The notes beneath the pieces are model-generated. The model did not search any database and was not told where the DNA came from. It saw only the letters and a list, made by a program, of their open reading frames with translations. The position numbers and the translations under genes are program-made. From Eledone cirrhosa (lineage: Eukaryota): a stretch of DNA of 64,000 nucleotides. Location of the stretch: the NCBI GenBank assembly GCA_964016885.1, contig OZ024742.1, positions 253,332,001 through 253,396,000 on the forward strand, read 5' to 3'. Below, piece by piece: positions 40,190 through 55,269 of this stretch (position 1 is the stretch's first letter; the number at the start of each line of letters is the position of its first letter).

Positions 40190-43047
40190 TCAACAACAAC
40201 AACAATAGCAACATACCCAGATACAACAACAACAGACACACAGACACAAACAACAATAACAACACACACAACAACGATAACACACACACACGGAGACAAC
40301 AACAACACACATCAACAACAACAACACACACGCATTCAATGCCTCTCACCACCACCACAATCTTAACAAACACACAGACACAGAAAACAAGTAATGACAG
40401 TAGCACAGAAATCAGAGAAATAAGAGAAAGTAATAGGATTAAAAGGAAAAGGAGATGGGAGACTAAGGACAAAGAGAATAACCAAGACGAACACACAGAC
40501 ACACAAAATAGGGTAGATAACAACATTGAGCCAGTGGAAAGAGACAGGAGTAATTATGAGAGACATAGAAACAACCATGAAGCTGAGGCTGCTGGTGGAA
40601 ATAGAAATAGAAACAACACAACTAACAATAATAATAGCACTAGTACACATAAAGCAGCAGCCTGGAACTCTCCGTTTTATAACCCCTCCGATAAATCATT
40701 CGACCTACGACGAGTCCACGCCACGACTTTGCCATTTAACAAACGCACGCAGTTGCCGTCGCAGGTCGATGAACAAACAGAAGCACAATTTAGTATAGCT
40801 AAATCCGAACTTAGAAATATTATAGAACAGTATAGCAAGAAGCATAATAGAATAGAGGCCCAGCAACTGGGAGAAGAATCTGCAAATGGCTTGCGTAAGC
40901 TCATGCAGCGCTCGCGTAATGGAGAGATAGCATGTTTTCCAACAGACAAGTCTGGCAGAATGTCGGTTGACAGCCTGCCAAACTACATCCAGGCAATGCA
41001 ACCCCACATCACTAACACAAGAGAGGTAACACCACAGGAGCATGAGGATAGAGAAAAAGCCCTCAATGCCCATATGGTGATGTGGACGAATGTAATGCAG
41101 CCCAACAAAAGGACTGCCAACAACTTCCAGGCCTGGAACAATGACGTGCCGGCGTTGTATGGGCTTCGAAAAGACCATAACACGGGCTGGGACCCTGTCG
41201 CGGGACCACCAACACGGCCAGTCTGTGGGGCTAACATTGCTAGTAACTACAGACTGTCCTACTTCCTCTCCCTGATCATACGCCCCATCGTTGAGATGTC
41301 CCCAGATGTGTGTGACAGCACGGAGGACCTCCTCAGCAGAATCGGCGCGAGTAACCGATCTGGGGACCTAACAAACTGCATAATAGGCAGTATGGATGTT
41401 GTGTCCCTGTATCCATCTATTGACGTGGATTTTGCTGTGGAGAAATGCGTAGAAATGATCAGCGAGAGCAAGGTTGAGTTCCGTGGGATTGATACCAGTG
41501 AGCTGGGACTTCTACTTAAGCTTACCCATAGTAATAGTTACCTAGACACTTATGACCTTAGCAACCTGTGCCCTACAAGACCAGCAAGAGGCAGACCACC
41601 TACCATTACCTCAATGGCCAAGAAAACCCACACAGATAGATGGAACGGGTGGACCAGAGCCATACGGACACCCGAAAACCACGATGAACTGAAGAAAATG
41701 ATTGCACATGCGGTAGGGGCCAGCATAAAATTAACCCTTAAGGAACATATGTTCAAATTTAATGGTAAAACATATGCCCAAGAGGAAGGAGCAGCCATTG
41801 GTGTTAGCATTGCAGGCGACATAGCTAACTTATTCATGGTATGGTGGGACAGTAGACTTAAACAAAAACTTAATGAACAATTAGAAGACAGCTTAACCCT
41901 GATAATGTACTCCCGCTACGTAGATGATATAAACATCGTAGTTAAGACACCCCCACTAAAGAACAGTCAAGAACTAGAGAAAAACACAATGGAAAGCATC
42001 CAGCAAATAGCAAACTCCATCCACCAGAGCATTAGAGTTACTATAGACTACCCAAGTAGACACCCCAACCATTGATTACCTGTACTAGACACAGAGCTCT
42101 GGTTAGATACCATTAACAACCCAAAACAAATCCTCCATTCCCATTATGCCAAACCCATGACTTCCAAACATCTGATCCACCGAAACTCGGCCATTTCGGA
42201 CCATACCAAAATCAACATACTGATTGCGGATTTGGTACGGGTGATGAGAAATGTGTCCCGCATGTGCAACCCCGAAGAACTAGAGAGACACATACAACAC
42301 TTCATCCACCGTATGCAGTTCTCTGGCTACAATCAGAGAGATAGAAGCAGAGTGTATAAAGGAGCCAGAACCAAATGGGAAAAAATGGTAAATAATGACA
42401 TAAATGGGACCTGCCCCTTGTATAGGAGCAAATTTTGGAATAGAATAGAAAGAACTAGGAACAAGGCCAATAGAATAAACTCATGGTATGATAGCAATAA
42501 ATACCAGAGTGTAATGTTCATCAATACAACCCCTAGAGGCGAACTAGCCTACAAATTTAGAAGGGCCCTAAATAAACATAATCTCAATATTAAGATAGTA
42601 GAAAGACCTGGTACCTCCGTAAAAACACTTATTAGCAAGACATACCCGTTCCAAAGACCCTCATGTATAGATAAGAAATGTATAACCTGTAAAATAAGCC
42701 CCCATATTAACTGTAAAACTAGAAATGTAGTGTATAGCATAAGATGTACAGAAGGACAATGTAGAAACAAAAATATAGTGTACATAGGTGAGACAGCTCG
42801 TAGTATAGGGGAACGAATAAATGAACACTGGCGAGACCTCCAAGATAATAAAGAATCATCTGTGCTCTACCAACATGCTAAGATAGAACACAGGGGTAGA
42901 TTAGAGAGCATAGAAATAAAAATAGAATCCACACACTGAAAAGACGCAATGTTTAGGCAAATTACAGAGGCAGTAAGCATAAGAGAATTAAAACCAAAAT
43001 TAAATAGAAAATATGAGTGGAACAGCAACATCACAACTTACAACTAA
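40190..43047 (+). pseudogene. PLE RT/GIY-YIG with two nonsense mutations
   Basis: CGA>TGA at 42073 and AGA>TGA at 42937 relative to copy 1. Confidence 0.9.
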
Positions 43048-43354
43048 GGACAAAATGAAAACACACACACACATAGAACAAACAACTTACAATTGAAAAC
43101 ACACACAAAATGAAAACACACACAGGACAAAATGAAAACACACACACACATAGAACAAACAACCAACCAACAATAAATAAATAAATAAATAAACAAATAG
43201 AAAAATATAAATAGAAAAATAGAAAAATGAACACAAACACACACAGACACCCGGATGTGGCGCATGCGCAAACTGAGCACACAACACACACACAGAAACA
43301 AAATGGCGTAGGATAGAAGAAAGGAAAGGCACAGAAACGAAGAAAGGAATCCCC

Positions 43355-43399
43355 AGTCACTGAAGAGGTCACAGAGTGTGTGACGAAAGGACTATGACT
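43355..43399 (+). ncRNA. Hammerhead, family A
   Basis: Identical to 3827-3871. Confidence 0.85.
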
Positions 43400-44187
43400 A
43401 TATATATAAACAACTATCTGGTTGTGGAACCAACCAACCAACCAGAAATTTATAAGTTTGTAAATTTGTAAATTTGTAAATTTATAAATATATAATAAAT
43501 TGAAGTGAAAGCAACTGGTGCGTGTGTTTCTTATTGGCAACATGACCCTCCCAAAGTATAACAATATATATATATATATTATTATATATATATATATATC
43601 TTCTACTTTTCTTTTTTTTTGCATTTCTTTTTCACTTCTGAATATTTGCCTCTGGTTATCAGCATCAACTCTGTCGATAACGGTGACATCCGTCTCTAGG
43701 GAATATAACATACCAAGAACTTTCTAGTAGATCTATCACTTGTGCACGTATAACTAGATGAAAGCTACAGATGTTTACATATTGATTCTATTAATTGTTT
43801 CTTGTAGACACACACAATGTATGTATATATGTGTGGATGTATGTGTGTATGTGTATATATGTGTGTGTATGTATGTGTGGATGTTTGTGTGGATGTGTGT
43901 TCATGTTTATGTGTATGTATCTATATGTGTATGTGTGTATGTATGTATGTGTGTATGTATGTGTTATGTGTGTGTATGTGTGTCTGTATATATGTATGTA
44001 TGTGTTTGTATGTATGTGTATTTGTATGTGTCTCTATGTGTGTACTATCATTTCACTTGCCTCAAGTGATCCCCGATACAGTACTACAGACGATATTCTC
44101 TCCTTCTCTCTAGACTGAGACTGGTCAATAGAAAATACCTACACTTCTTGCGTTCATCAATATCATATATATATATAAATATATATA

Positions 44188-45895
44188 TCATCATCATCAT
44201 CATCATCATCGTATAACGTCCATCTTCCACGCTTGCATGGGTTTGGACGGGAGTTTTCCCACTTGAGGCAAGATTTGTTGTCCTGCTCGTATAGGACTGT
44301 CTGGCGGGTTTTCTACGACTGGATGCCCTTCCTAACACCAACCACGTTTACAGTGTGGACTGGGAGGTTTTTACCATGTTGCCTACACGGCCACATTACA
44401 GCGTGGACTGTGTGTTTTTTTTGTCGTGACAACTACACGACCTCATTTGCTTCGGACTGGATGTTGTGGTACCAACATAACTTCACATTTAAGGGGGTGG
44501 TATGGATGGGGTGGGGTAGTGGGACGGGGGTATATTTTGTTAGAGGTGCTTACTAACCGTAGGTTTCGCTTTGTACTTAGGCAAGGCGGGTCTTCTGTAT
44601 GACCGTGTAGCGCCAAAGATCTCGGTACAGTGACATTGTCTTGGAGACGTGTAAGTGTGTGAGGTCGTAATTTATCAAGTCGTCCCAGGTTTTTCTGGGT
44701 CTGCCTACTCCGTGGCTACCGTCTATTTTTATCACCCTGCACTTTTTTATACAGCTGTCGTCTTTCATGCGCATCACGTGACCATGCCAACGTAGTCTTC
44801 TCTCGAGTAAACAACATCTGATCCCTCTTATTCCTAATTTCTCCCTTAGTTCGTTTATGCTTTGCCGCTCACGTATGTTACTATTACACATCCAGCGGAG
44901 CATGCAAGCTTCATTTCTCTCCAGTCTGCGTATATCCTCTGCACACAATGCCCAGGTCTCACTGCCATGTAACATTGCTGCTCGTATGCAGGCATCATAC
45001 AGCCTGCCTTTCATTTTTAGAGAGAGCCCTTTAGCGGCCAATAGTGGTATAAGCTCTCTGAACTTTTTCCATCCCGTTCTGACTCTAGCTACTGTACTTT
45101 CAGAGCACCCTCCCCCACTGTTGATTTTGTCACCACGGAAGGTGTCCACTATTTCTATAGAATCATCTGTGCAATTGAAAGAGCTAGTATTTTGTGGGCA
45201 CTTGCTGCTACTTATTGCACCAGAGCACCGGCCACATATAAAATCTATATTCTTAGTTAGCTTACCTGTGATCCCACTACATCTTTTATGCACCCATACT
45301 CTGCATTTGGGACATAAAATGGAGTTTCTGCCTCCTCCTTTCCTACACACTGAGCATGGCCATTTCCCAGATGGGACCGGTGCCCTATTTTCTTTCCTAC
45401 AAACTAGAACTTTAGTCTTAGACAAGTTAACTTTAAGGCCTTTTGATTCTAGGTCATGCTTCCATGTTTGGAATTTCTTCTCTAGTTCAGCCATTGATTC
45501 AGCTATGAGCATTAGATCATCTGGATATAGGAGTTCCCATGGTCAGCCAGTCTTGAACTCCTCTCTTATAGCCGGAAGGGCAATAATAAATAGTAGGGGG
45601 CTAAGAACGGAGCCCTGATGAACACCAACGTTTACGCTAAACTCTTCACTATATTCGTTGTTAATTCTAACCTTACTGACTGTTTCTTTATACATGGCTT
45701 GTATAGCTCTCGCAAGCCATTCATCAACACCTAGTTTTCTAAGCGCCCACCAGATAATGGTGGTCAACAAAAGCTAAGTATAGGGGTTTACTTTTAGCTA
45801 GATACTTCTCCTGTAGTTGTACAATGAAAAGAGCGTCTGTGGTACTTTTGCCTGACACAAACCCGAACTGCATTTCATCTAGATCAATTTTTTCT
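44188..45895 (-). mobile_element. 5'-truncated RTE-clade LINE with Cys-rich (PHD-like) insert and (GAT)n tail
   Basis: GVHQGSVLSPLLF, GLKVNLSKTKV, WPCSVC...C..C..WVHKRC, MLHGSETW, RRLRWHGHV, GRPRKTW. Confidence 0.9.
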
Positions 45896-45901
45896 CTGAT
45901 A

Positions 45902-47328
<1,427 letters not shown>

Positions 47329-47344
47329 TATATATATATATATA

Positions 47345-47700
47345 TCATCATCATCATCATCATCATCATCATTACCATCATTGTTGTTTAACATCTATTT
47401 TTCCATGCTTGCATGAGTTAGTTGGGTTGACACGTTGTGAGGTAAATCAGGACAGGTGAACATTTGTTGCTCACACAGATCTGTATTTTGGCTCGGCTTC
47501 TACAGCTGGATGCCCTTCCAACCACGTTACAGTGTGTCCTGGGTACATTATATCATGGTATCAATACAACAATCTAACAGCGTGGACTGGGTGTGTTTTT
47601 TTTTGTTATGTCACCATCACAACCACCTTACAGGGGAGCATACTTCCATAGAAAACCGAACAAATAATCAGGAGGACTTTTCAGATGTCTCAAAGTCATG
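47345..47700 (-). mobile_element. Diverged RTE 3' UTR/SINE-like copy
   Basis: (CAT)n + TTTCCATGCTTGCATG...CTGGATGCCCTTCC similar to 44188-44400. Confidence 0.6.
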
Positions 47701-48300
47701 ACAACTTCTCTAGTGCATGGGATTATATGTAAGCAAATAGCAGGCTGCCAGCCTTGTCTGAGGATGTCGTAGATAACAGGATCATACATAAGTGAGGTAC
47801 AGGCTCCCAGAATACCAGCCTGGTTTGCTGATGACCCATCCAACCTTTACTAGTAAAGCAGACGTTGAAGGATGATGGTGTTGAAGGATGATGATGGAGC
47901 AGAAGGATGACAGTAATAATGATGATGATGGCAGTGATTATAAAGATGAGGATGATGATGACGATGATGATGATAACTGATGTTGATGTCAATTATATTG
48001 ATGATGATGATGGCAATGATGATGAGATGGTGAAGATGATGAAGATGATAAAAATGATGATGATGATGATGTTAATAAAGGCCTTTAGCAGATTCTGTCT
48101 ACTGAATTTCTCTCATTCATATAAACTAAATCTCTTCAAATTCTTCATTATTTTCCAAATGGTTTGAAGAACATAGACAGTTTTTAAAAATAAGAAATAT
48201 GGTATTTAATGGGTTAAAATGACTCTATTTATCTAAAAATTCCTTTCATCATAATTTTATGTATGAAAATTTGTTGAGTTATGTTCCAAAAACAAGTTTG

Positions 48301-48539
48301 TTATATTACTAAATCTTCCAAATTTATTATATTACTAAGTCCTTCCAAATTTATTATATTACTAATTCCTTCCAAATTTATTATATTACTGAATCCTTCC
48401 ACATTTATTATATTACTAAATCCTTCCAAATTTATTATATTACTAAATCCTTCCAAATTTATTATATTACTAAATCCTTCCAAATTTATTATATTACTAA
48501 ATCCTTCCAAATTTATTATATTACTAAATCCTTCCAAAT
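48301..48539. repeat. 27-bp minisatellite (~9 units)
   Basis: TACTAAATCCTTCCAAATTTATTATAT repeats. Confidence 0.95.
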
Positions 48540-48844
48540 CTTTATTTTCAAAATTTAGACACCATAGACAATGTATTTCATCACAGGAATGGAAGTAAGG
48601 AAAAGATATGCTGGTGGACGATCAGATGTATGCCTGTGGAGTTTTGCAGCTTAGGTTTTGTAGCTTGTTCTCTTGTGTAAAGCCTACAGAACTCAGGTCA
48701 TTATGAGATCAAGCTGGTAGATTGACACCAAAAAAGAGTGTAGAAAAAGCAGAGAGGGCATGGCTGAAGGGAAATGATTGGTTATCTCAGTAATATGTAT
48801 GCCACGTGGACACTTACTGTGGTTGATCAGCCTCGGTTAGGTCT

Positions 48845-49168
48845 CCTGGGTGAGTCTGATTATGTTGTAAGACCTGCAGCATCCACTACCTCCAGCATAC
48901 AACACTGATGATGTATCCTGTAGTTGGGTCACCTGGATGAGGGTGACTATGTAGTAAGACCTGAATTACCCAGTAACTCCAGGATACAACACCGATAATA
49001 TATCCTGTAGTCAGGTCACACCGGGATGAATGTGACTATGCTGTAAGACCTGAATTACCCAGTAGCCCCAGGATACAACACAGATGATAGTTATATCACC
49101 TGGATGCAGGTAACTATGCTGTAAGACCTGATATACTCAGTATCTCTAGAATACAACATTGATGATGT
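48845..49168. repeat. Diverged ~80-90-bp tandem repeat (~4 units)
   Basis: GACTATGCTGTAAGACCTG...CAGGATACAACAC recurs. Confidence 0.8.
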
Positions 49169-49465
49169 GTTGAAGGTTTTGCACCTGTGGATGTGTGAAA
49201 AACAATAAGAAATCTTGTAAGAAAAAGGGTAAACCTATTGTGGGTTATTGTTATTGCTCATGTAATGCAATTGAAGCATCTTTAACAAAGATTCCTGTAC
49301 TGATGGTAAGAAAGGTATGACTACCAGCCTGCTATTGTATGAAACCATTTTCAAATTAACAGTAGTTTACTTGTCACTAGTATATAATGATAAGCGGTGA
49401 CTGTTCATTCTAAACGAATAAACAGGTTTGATAAATTAATAGATAACGACAAGATGAAAATGAGA

Positions 49466-49525
<60 letters not shown>

Positions 49526-50119
49526 AAGAGAGAGAGAAAGAAAGAGAGAGAGAGATTGAGAGAGTGGGGGTAAAGGTGGTGGTGATGGTAGCTATGGGGG
49601 AGAGAAGAAAACTGGAATATAAAAGATATTTGAATAGAGAGGTGGAGAGAGGGTGAGAGAGAAAGACAGAAAGAATGATGAAGAGAAGGAAAAATGGGGG
49701 TGTAGAAAAACGAAAGATAAAAGATCTTTGTAAAGAGAGAGATAAAGAGAGACGGAGAGAGAGAGAGAGAAAATATGTGGGGAGAGGAACATGTAATATA
49801 GGAAAGAAGGATAGAAACAGAGGGAAAACAGAGAGACAGAGAGGGGCAGACAGACATTCAGAAAATGAAAGAGTTATATAGGGAGGGAAGGAGAGAGAGA
49901 GAGAGATATGTAGACAGAGAGTGAATAGTTGATTGACAAAAGAGGAAGAGGAGGAGGATGGAGAGAATCGTGAAGGTGTGGTAAGAGATAAAAGAATACA
50001 TAAAATGGCCACCAATCAAATTAGGATAAGATTTGAAATATCACGCACAGAAACTGAACATTTCCCATTTGCAAGGAAATGACGTGTGATGTCCTCAATG
50101 TGAAAACAACAACAACAAC

Positions 50120-50480
50120 AGCAATAATAATAATAATGAAAATTTCTTTATTAACCACAAGGGTTTATAAAAAAGATTGAATAATAATAATAATAATAAT
50201 AATAATGCTTTCTTTATTAACCACAAGGGGTTACACAAAGTAGACATTAAGGACAGTACAGGACAATACAGGACGGTACAAATGGGCATTTCTGCGTGTA
50301 AAAAAACAAAAAATAGAGGATGTAATAAAAGAACAATGAAAAATTCCGCAATAGGGGGGAGACTTCCGAGAGCCATTGTGGAGAAAGCCCATTAAAAAAG
50401 CCACAGTGACCCTGACCACCAGGGCAAGTGTCCTCTCCCAGTTTTCCACCTTCAATTTACAGGCATATACTCAGTAGGTC
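50120..50480 (-). mobile_element. Tx1-type 3' UTR fragment with (ATT)n tail
   Basis: Similar to reverse complement of 26460-26763. Confidence 0.65.
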
Positions 50481-50481
50481 C

Positions 50482-50528
<47 letters not shown>

Positions 50529-50542
50529 TGTAAAAATAATAA

Positions 50543-50975
50543 CTGTTTCTACTTTAGGCACAAGGCCAGCAGCTCTGGGGGAGGGGAAAGTCGACCCCAG
50601 TGCATTACTGGTACTTTATTTTATCGACGCTGTAAGGATGAAAGGCAAAGCTAACCTTGGCGGGATTTGAACTCAGTTCATAAAGGGCTGTAACTCTATA
50701 CTGCAAAGCATGGCGTCCGACCCTCTACCAATACTGCCAATCCACCGCCTTAAATAATAATGGTTTCTTTTATAGGCACAAGGCCAGCAAAATTTGGGGA
50801 GGGGAAAATCGATTAAATCGACCCCAGTACGTTACTGGTGCTTTATTTTATCGACCCCGTAAGGATGAAAGGAAAAGTTAACCTCAACGGGATTTGAACT
50901 CAGAATGGAAAGCGCCGTAACTCTATACTGCAAAGCATGGTGTCTGATGCTCTACCGATACTGCCAATCCACCAT
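50543..50975 (-). mobile_element. Two tandem Meta-like tRNA SINE copies (50543-50750, 50761-50975)
   Basis: GGATTTGAACTC (B box) and TTATCGACCCCGTAAGGATGAAAGG; match 12066-12248. Confidence 0.82.
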
Positions 50976-51129
50976 AATAATAATAATAACAATAATAATA
51001 ACAATAATAATAACAATGACCAAAACAAAAGAAAAAAAGCCCCCACAGACAGACATCACAAACAAAAGCTGAAGAAATACAAGCATGAATTACTCTTCTA
51101 TGTAGGTATGGTGGCTGTTATGGAAATAA

Positions 51130-52150
51130 TTATGATGATGGTGGTGGTGTTGGTGGTATTAGGGTGATGACGGTGATTGTGGTGTTAGTGATGAGTGGTG
51201 ATAGTGGTAGGGTGATAATGGTGGTGAGGTCGTAGGGTGCTTATGATGGTGGTGATGGTGATGGTGATGATGATGGTCGTGTGGTGTTTGTGGTGGTGAT
51301 GGTGATGATGATGATGGTCGTGTGGTGTTTGTGGTGGTGATGGTGGTGATTGTGGTGTTAGTGGGGAGTGGTGATGGTGGTCGGGTGGTAATGATGGTGG
51401 GTGGTAATGATGGTGGTAGGGTGGTTACAATGGTGGTGATGGTGATGGTGGTGATGATGATCGTGTGGTGTTTGTGGTGGTGATGGTGGAATAGTGATGA
51501 TGTAGGCGAGGTGGTAATGATGGTGGTAGGGTGGTAGGGTGGTAGGGTGGTTACGATGGTGATGGAGGTGATGATGATGGTCATCTGGTGTTTGTTTGTG
51601 GTGATCATGGTGTTTGTTGTGGTGGTGGTGGTGGAATACTTATGATGTAGCTGAGGTGGTGATGGTGGTGGTGGTGAGGTGGTGATGGTGGTGATGGTGG
51701 TGAGGTGGTGATGGTGGTGATGGTGGTGACGTGGTGATGGTGGTGTTGGTGGTGAGGTGATGATGGTGGTGTTGATAGTGAGGTGGTGATGGTGGGTCAT
51801 TAAGATGTTGGTTGGTGGTGATAATGGCGGTATGATGACCGACGTATTTGTGATGATGGTGGTGATGATGTTCTAGCAGCAACAACAAAATCAGCTACAA
51901 CAGCAGCAGCACCAACAAACAACAATAACAACAACAGCGAAAATAACAACAATAATAACAACAACATCAATAACACTAACAACAGCGGCAGCAGCAATAG
52001 ACAAAAACAGCAACACAACAACAAAAACAACAAAAACAACAATGCAACAACAACAAGAACAGCAGCAACAACAACAACAACAACAGCAGCAACGAATCAC
52101 CACAAACAAAAACAATAACAACCACAGCAACAATAACAACAAAAAAAAGT
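51130..52150. repeat. Low-complexity (GGT/GAT)n and (AAC)n tracts
   Basis: Direct reading. Confidence 0.9.
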
Positions 52151-52179
52151 TATCATAAATGACAAATGATATCATTATA

Positions 52180-54595
52180 TCATGTACATGATCATGAAAA
52201 TTGTCGGCACATCATTAACCATCACCATCACTATTACCATCACCCTCATCAGCATCAATATCATCATCATCACCATCATTATCATCACCATCATTATCAT
52301 CATCATCAATATCAACATCACCATTAACATCATCACCATTAACATCACCATCATTATCATCACCATCATTATCATCAACATTATCATCATCATCATTATC
52401 ATCAACATCATTATCATCACCATCATTATCATCATCATTATCATCAACATCATTATCATCACCATCATTATCATCACCATCATTATCATCATCATTATCA
52501 CCAACATCATTATCATCACCATCATTATCATCATCATTATCATCAACATCATTATCATCACCATCATTATCATCACCATCATTATCATCATGATTATCAC
52601 CAACATCATTATCATCAACATCATTATCATCATCATTATCATCAACATCATTATCATCACCATCAATATCATCACCATCATTATCATCACCATCATTATC
52701 ATCAACATCATTATCATCAACATCATTATCATCATCATCATTATCATCACCATCATTATCATCAACATCATTATCATCAACATCATTATCATCACCATCA
52801 TTATCATCACCATCATTATCATCATCATTATCACCAACATCATTATCATCAACATCATTATCATCATCATTATCATCAACATCATTATCATCATCATTAT
52901 CATCAACAACATTATCATCACCATCAATATCATCACCATCATTATCATCAACATCATTATCATCAACATCATTATCATCAACATCATTATCATCATCATC
53001 ATTATCATCACCATCATTATCATCACCATCATTATCATCAACATCATTATCATCACCATCATTATCATCACCATCATTATCATCAACATCATTATCATCA
53101 CCATCATTATCATCATCATTATCATCACCATCATTATCATCACCATCATTATCATCACCCTCATCATCATCATCACCATCATTATCATCACCATCATTAT
53201 CAACATCATTATCATCAACATCATTATCATCATCATCATTATCATCATCATCATTATCATCACCATCATTATCATCAACATCATTATCATCACCATCATT
53301 ATCATCACCATCATTATCATCAACATCATTATCATCACCATCATTATCATCATCATTATCATCACCATCATTATCATCACCATCATTATCATCATCATCA
53401 TTATCATCACCATCATTATCATCACCATCAGCATCACCATCATTATCATCACCATCATTATCATCACCATCATTATCATCACCATCATTATCATCACCAT
53501 CATTATCATCATCATTATCACCAACATCATTATCATCAACATCATTATCATCATCATTATCATCAACATCATTATCATCATCATTATCATCAACAACATT
53601 ATCATCACCATCAATATCATCACCATCATTATGATCAACATCATTATCATCAACATCATTATCATCAACATCATCACCATCATTATCATTATCATCACCA
53701 TCATTATCATCACCATCATTATCATCACCATCAGCATCACCATCATTATCATCACCATCATTATCATCACCATCATTATCATCACCATCATTATCATCAC
53801 CATCAGCATCACCATCATTATCATCATCATCATTATCATCATCATCATTATCATCAACATCATTATCATCACCATCATTATCATCACCATCAGCATCACC
53901 ATCATTATCATCATCACCATCAGCATCACCATCATTATCATCATCATCATTATCATCACCATCATTATCACCACCATCATTATCATCACCATCATTATCA
54001 CCACCATCATTATCATCACCATCATTATCATCACCATCATTATCACCACCATCATTATCATCACCATCATTATCATCACCATCATTATCATCACCATCAT
54101 TATCATCACCATCATTATCATCATCATTATCATCACCATCATTATCATCACCATCATTATCATCATTATCATCATTATCATTATCATCACCATCATTATC
54201 ATAACCATCATTATCAACATCATTATCATCACCATCATTATCATCAACATCATTATCATCTTCAACATTATCATCATCATCACAATCATCATCACCACCA
54301 CCATGATCATCATTATCATCAACATCATCACCATCATCATTACCATCATCATTATCGCCATAATCATCATCATCCTCACCAGCACTGGCATCATCATCAT
54401 CATCACAAAGATCATCCATATTATTATCACAATCACCATCACCACCATCATCACCATCATTATCATCATTAAAATATCATCATCAATAACAACATAACCA
54501 TCATCATCATTTTCTTTATCATCCTCAATATATACATTATCATCATCATAACAATCATCATCATCATCAATATAATCATCATCATCATTGTCATC
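52180..54595. repeat. (ATC)-derived 12/15-bp higher-order minisatellite
   Basis: ATCATTATCATCACC / ATCATTATCATCAAC units. Confidence 0.95.
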
Positions 54596-54599
54596 AGCA

Positions 54600-54742
54600 A
54601 AGAGTTACGGCCCTTTATGTTCTGAGTTCAAATTCCGCCGAGGTTAACTTTGCCTTTCGTCCTTATTTTATCATAAAATAAAGTACCAGTAATACACTGG
54701 TGGCCTTGTGCTGGCCTTGTACCAAAAGTAGAAACAATTATT
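54600..54742 (+). mobile_element. 5'-truncated Meta-like SINE
   Basis: GAGTTCAAATTCCGCCGAGGTTAACTTTGCCTTTC...AAAGTACCAG. Confidence 0.7.
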
Positions 54743-55229
54743 ATCATCATCAGCATCAATATCATCAACAATGCATTCATTATCACCATCATCACCATTG
54801 CAAACAGGATCATCATCAATAGCATTGGCAGTGGTGTTGTTGTTGTTGGTGGTGTTGTTGTTGTTGGTGGTGATAGTGATGTCATTGTTGTTGTTGTTGT
54901 CGTTGGTGGAGTCATTATCGTTGTTGTTGGTAGTGGTTTCAATGTTGTTGGTGTTGATTTCATAGCATTTGTATGTTTGTGTGTATCAGTGTCTGTATGG
55001 CTGTGTGTATGTGTGTGTGTGGGGGGGCTCACTTATGTCTGTGTCTGTGTACCTGTGTCTGTGTGTGTCTACCTTTATCTATCTGTGTGTGTGTCTTCTT
55101 GCATGTGTGCGTCTACCAGTGTCTCTATGTGTGTGTATATGTATATGTTTGTCTATCTGTGTCTATGTATGTATGTGTGTATATGTCTACCTGTGTCTGT
55201 GTCTGTGGGTCTTTGGGTGTGTCTACATA

Positions 55230-55264
<35 letters not shown>

Positions 55265-55269
55265 ACCAG

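Larger units (their letters stand above)
39861..43565 (+). mobile_element. PLE family A, copy 2: 5' inverted pLTR (39861-40190) + 5'-truncated body
   Basis: Near-identical to ~670-4030; HHRs at 40027-40071 (-) and 43355-43399 (+); ends before (TA)n. Confidence 0.93.

Noticed and set aside
42073-42939. In-frame TGA codons as selenocysteine (reported for some Naiad PLEs)
   Set aside because: Both align to Arg codons (CGA, AGA) in copy 1, not Cys, so they are ordinary nonsense mutations
44857-45618. 253-aa plus-strand ORF
   Set aside because: Antisense shadow of the RTE RT frame
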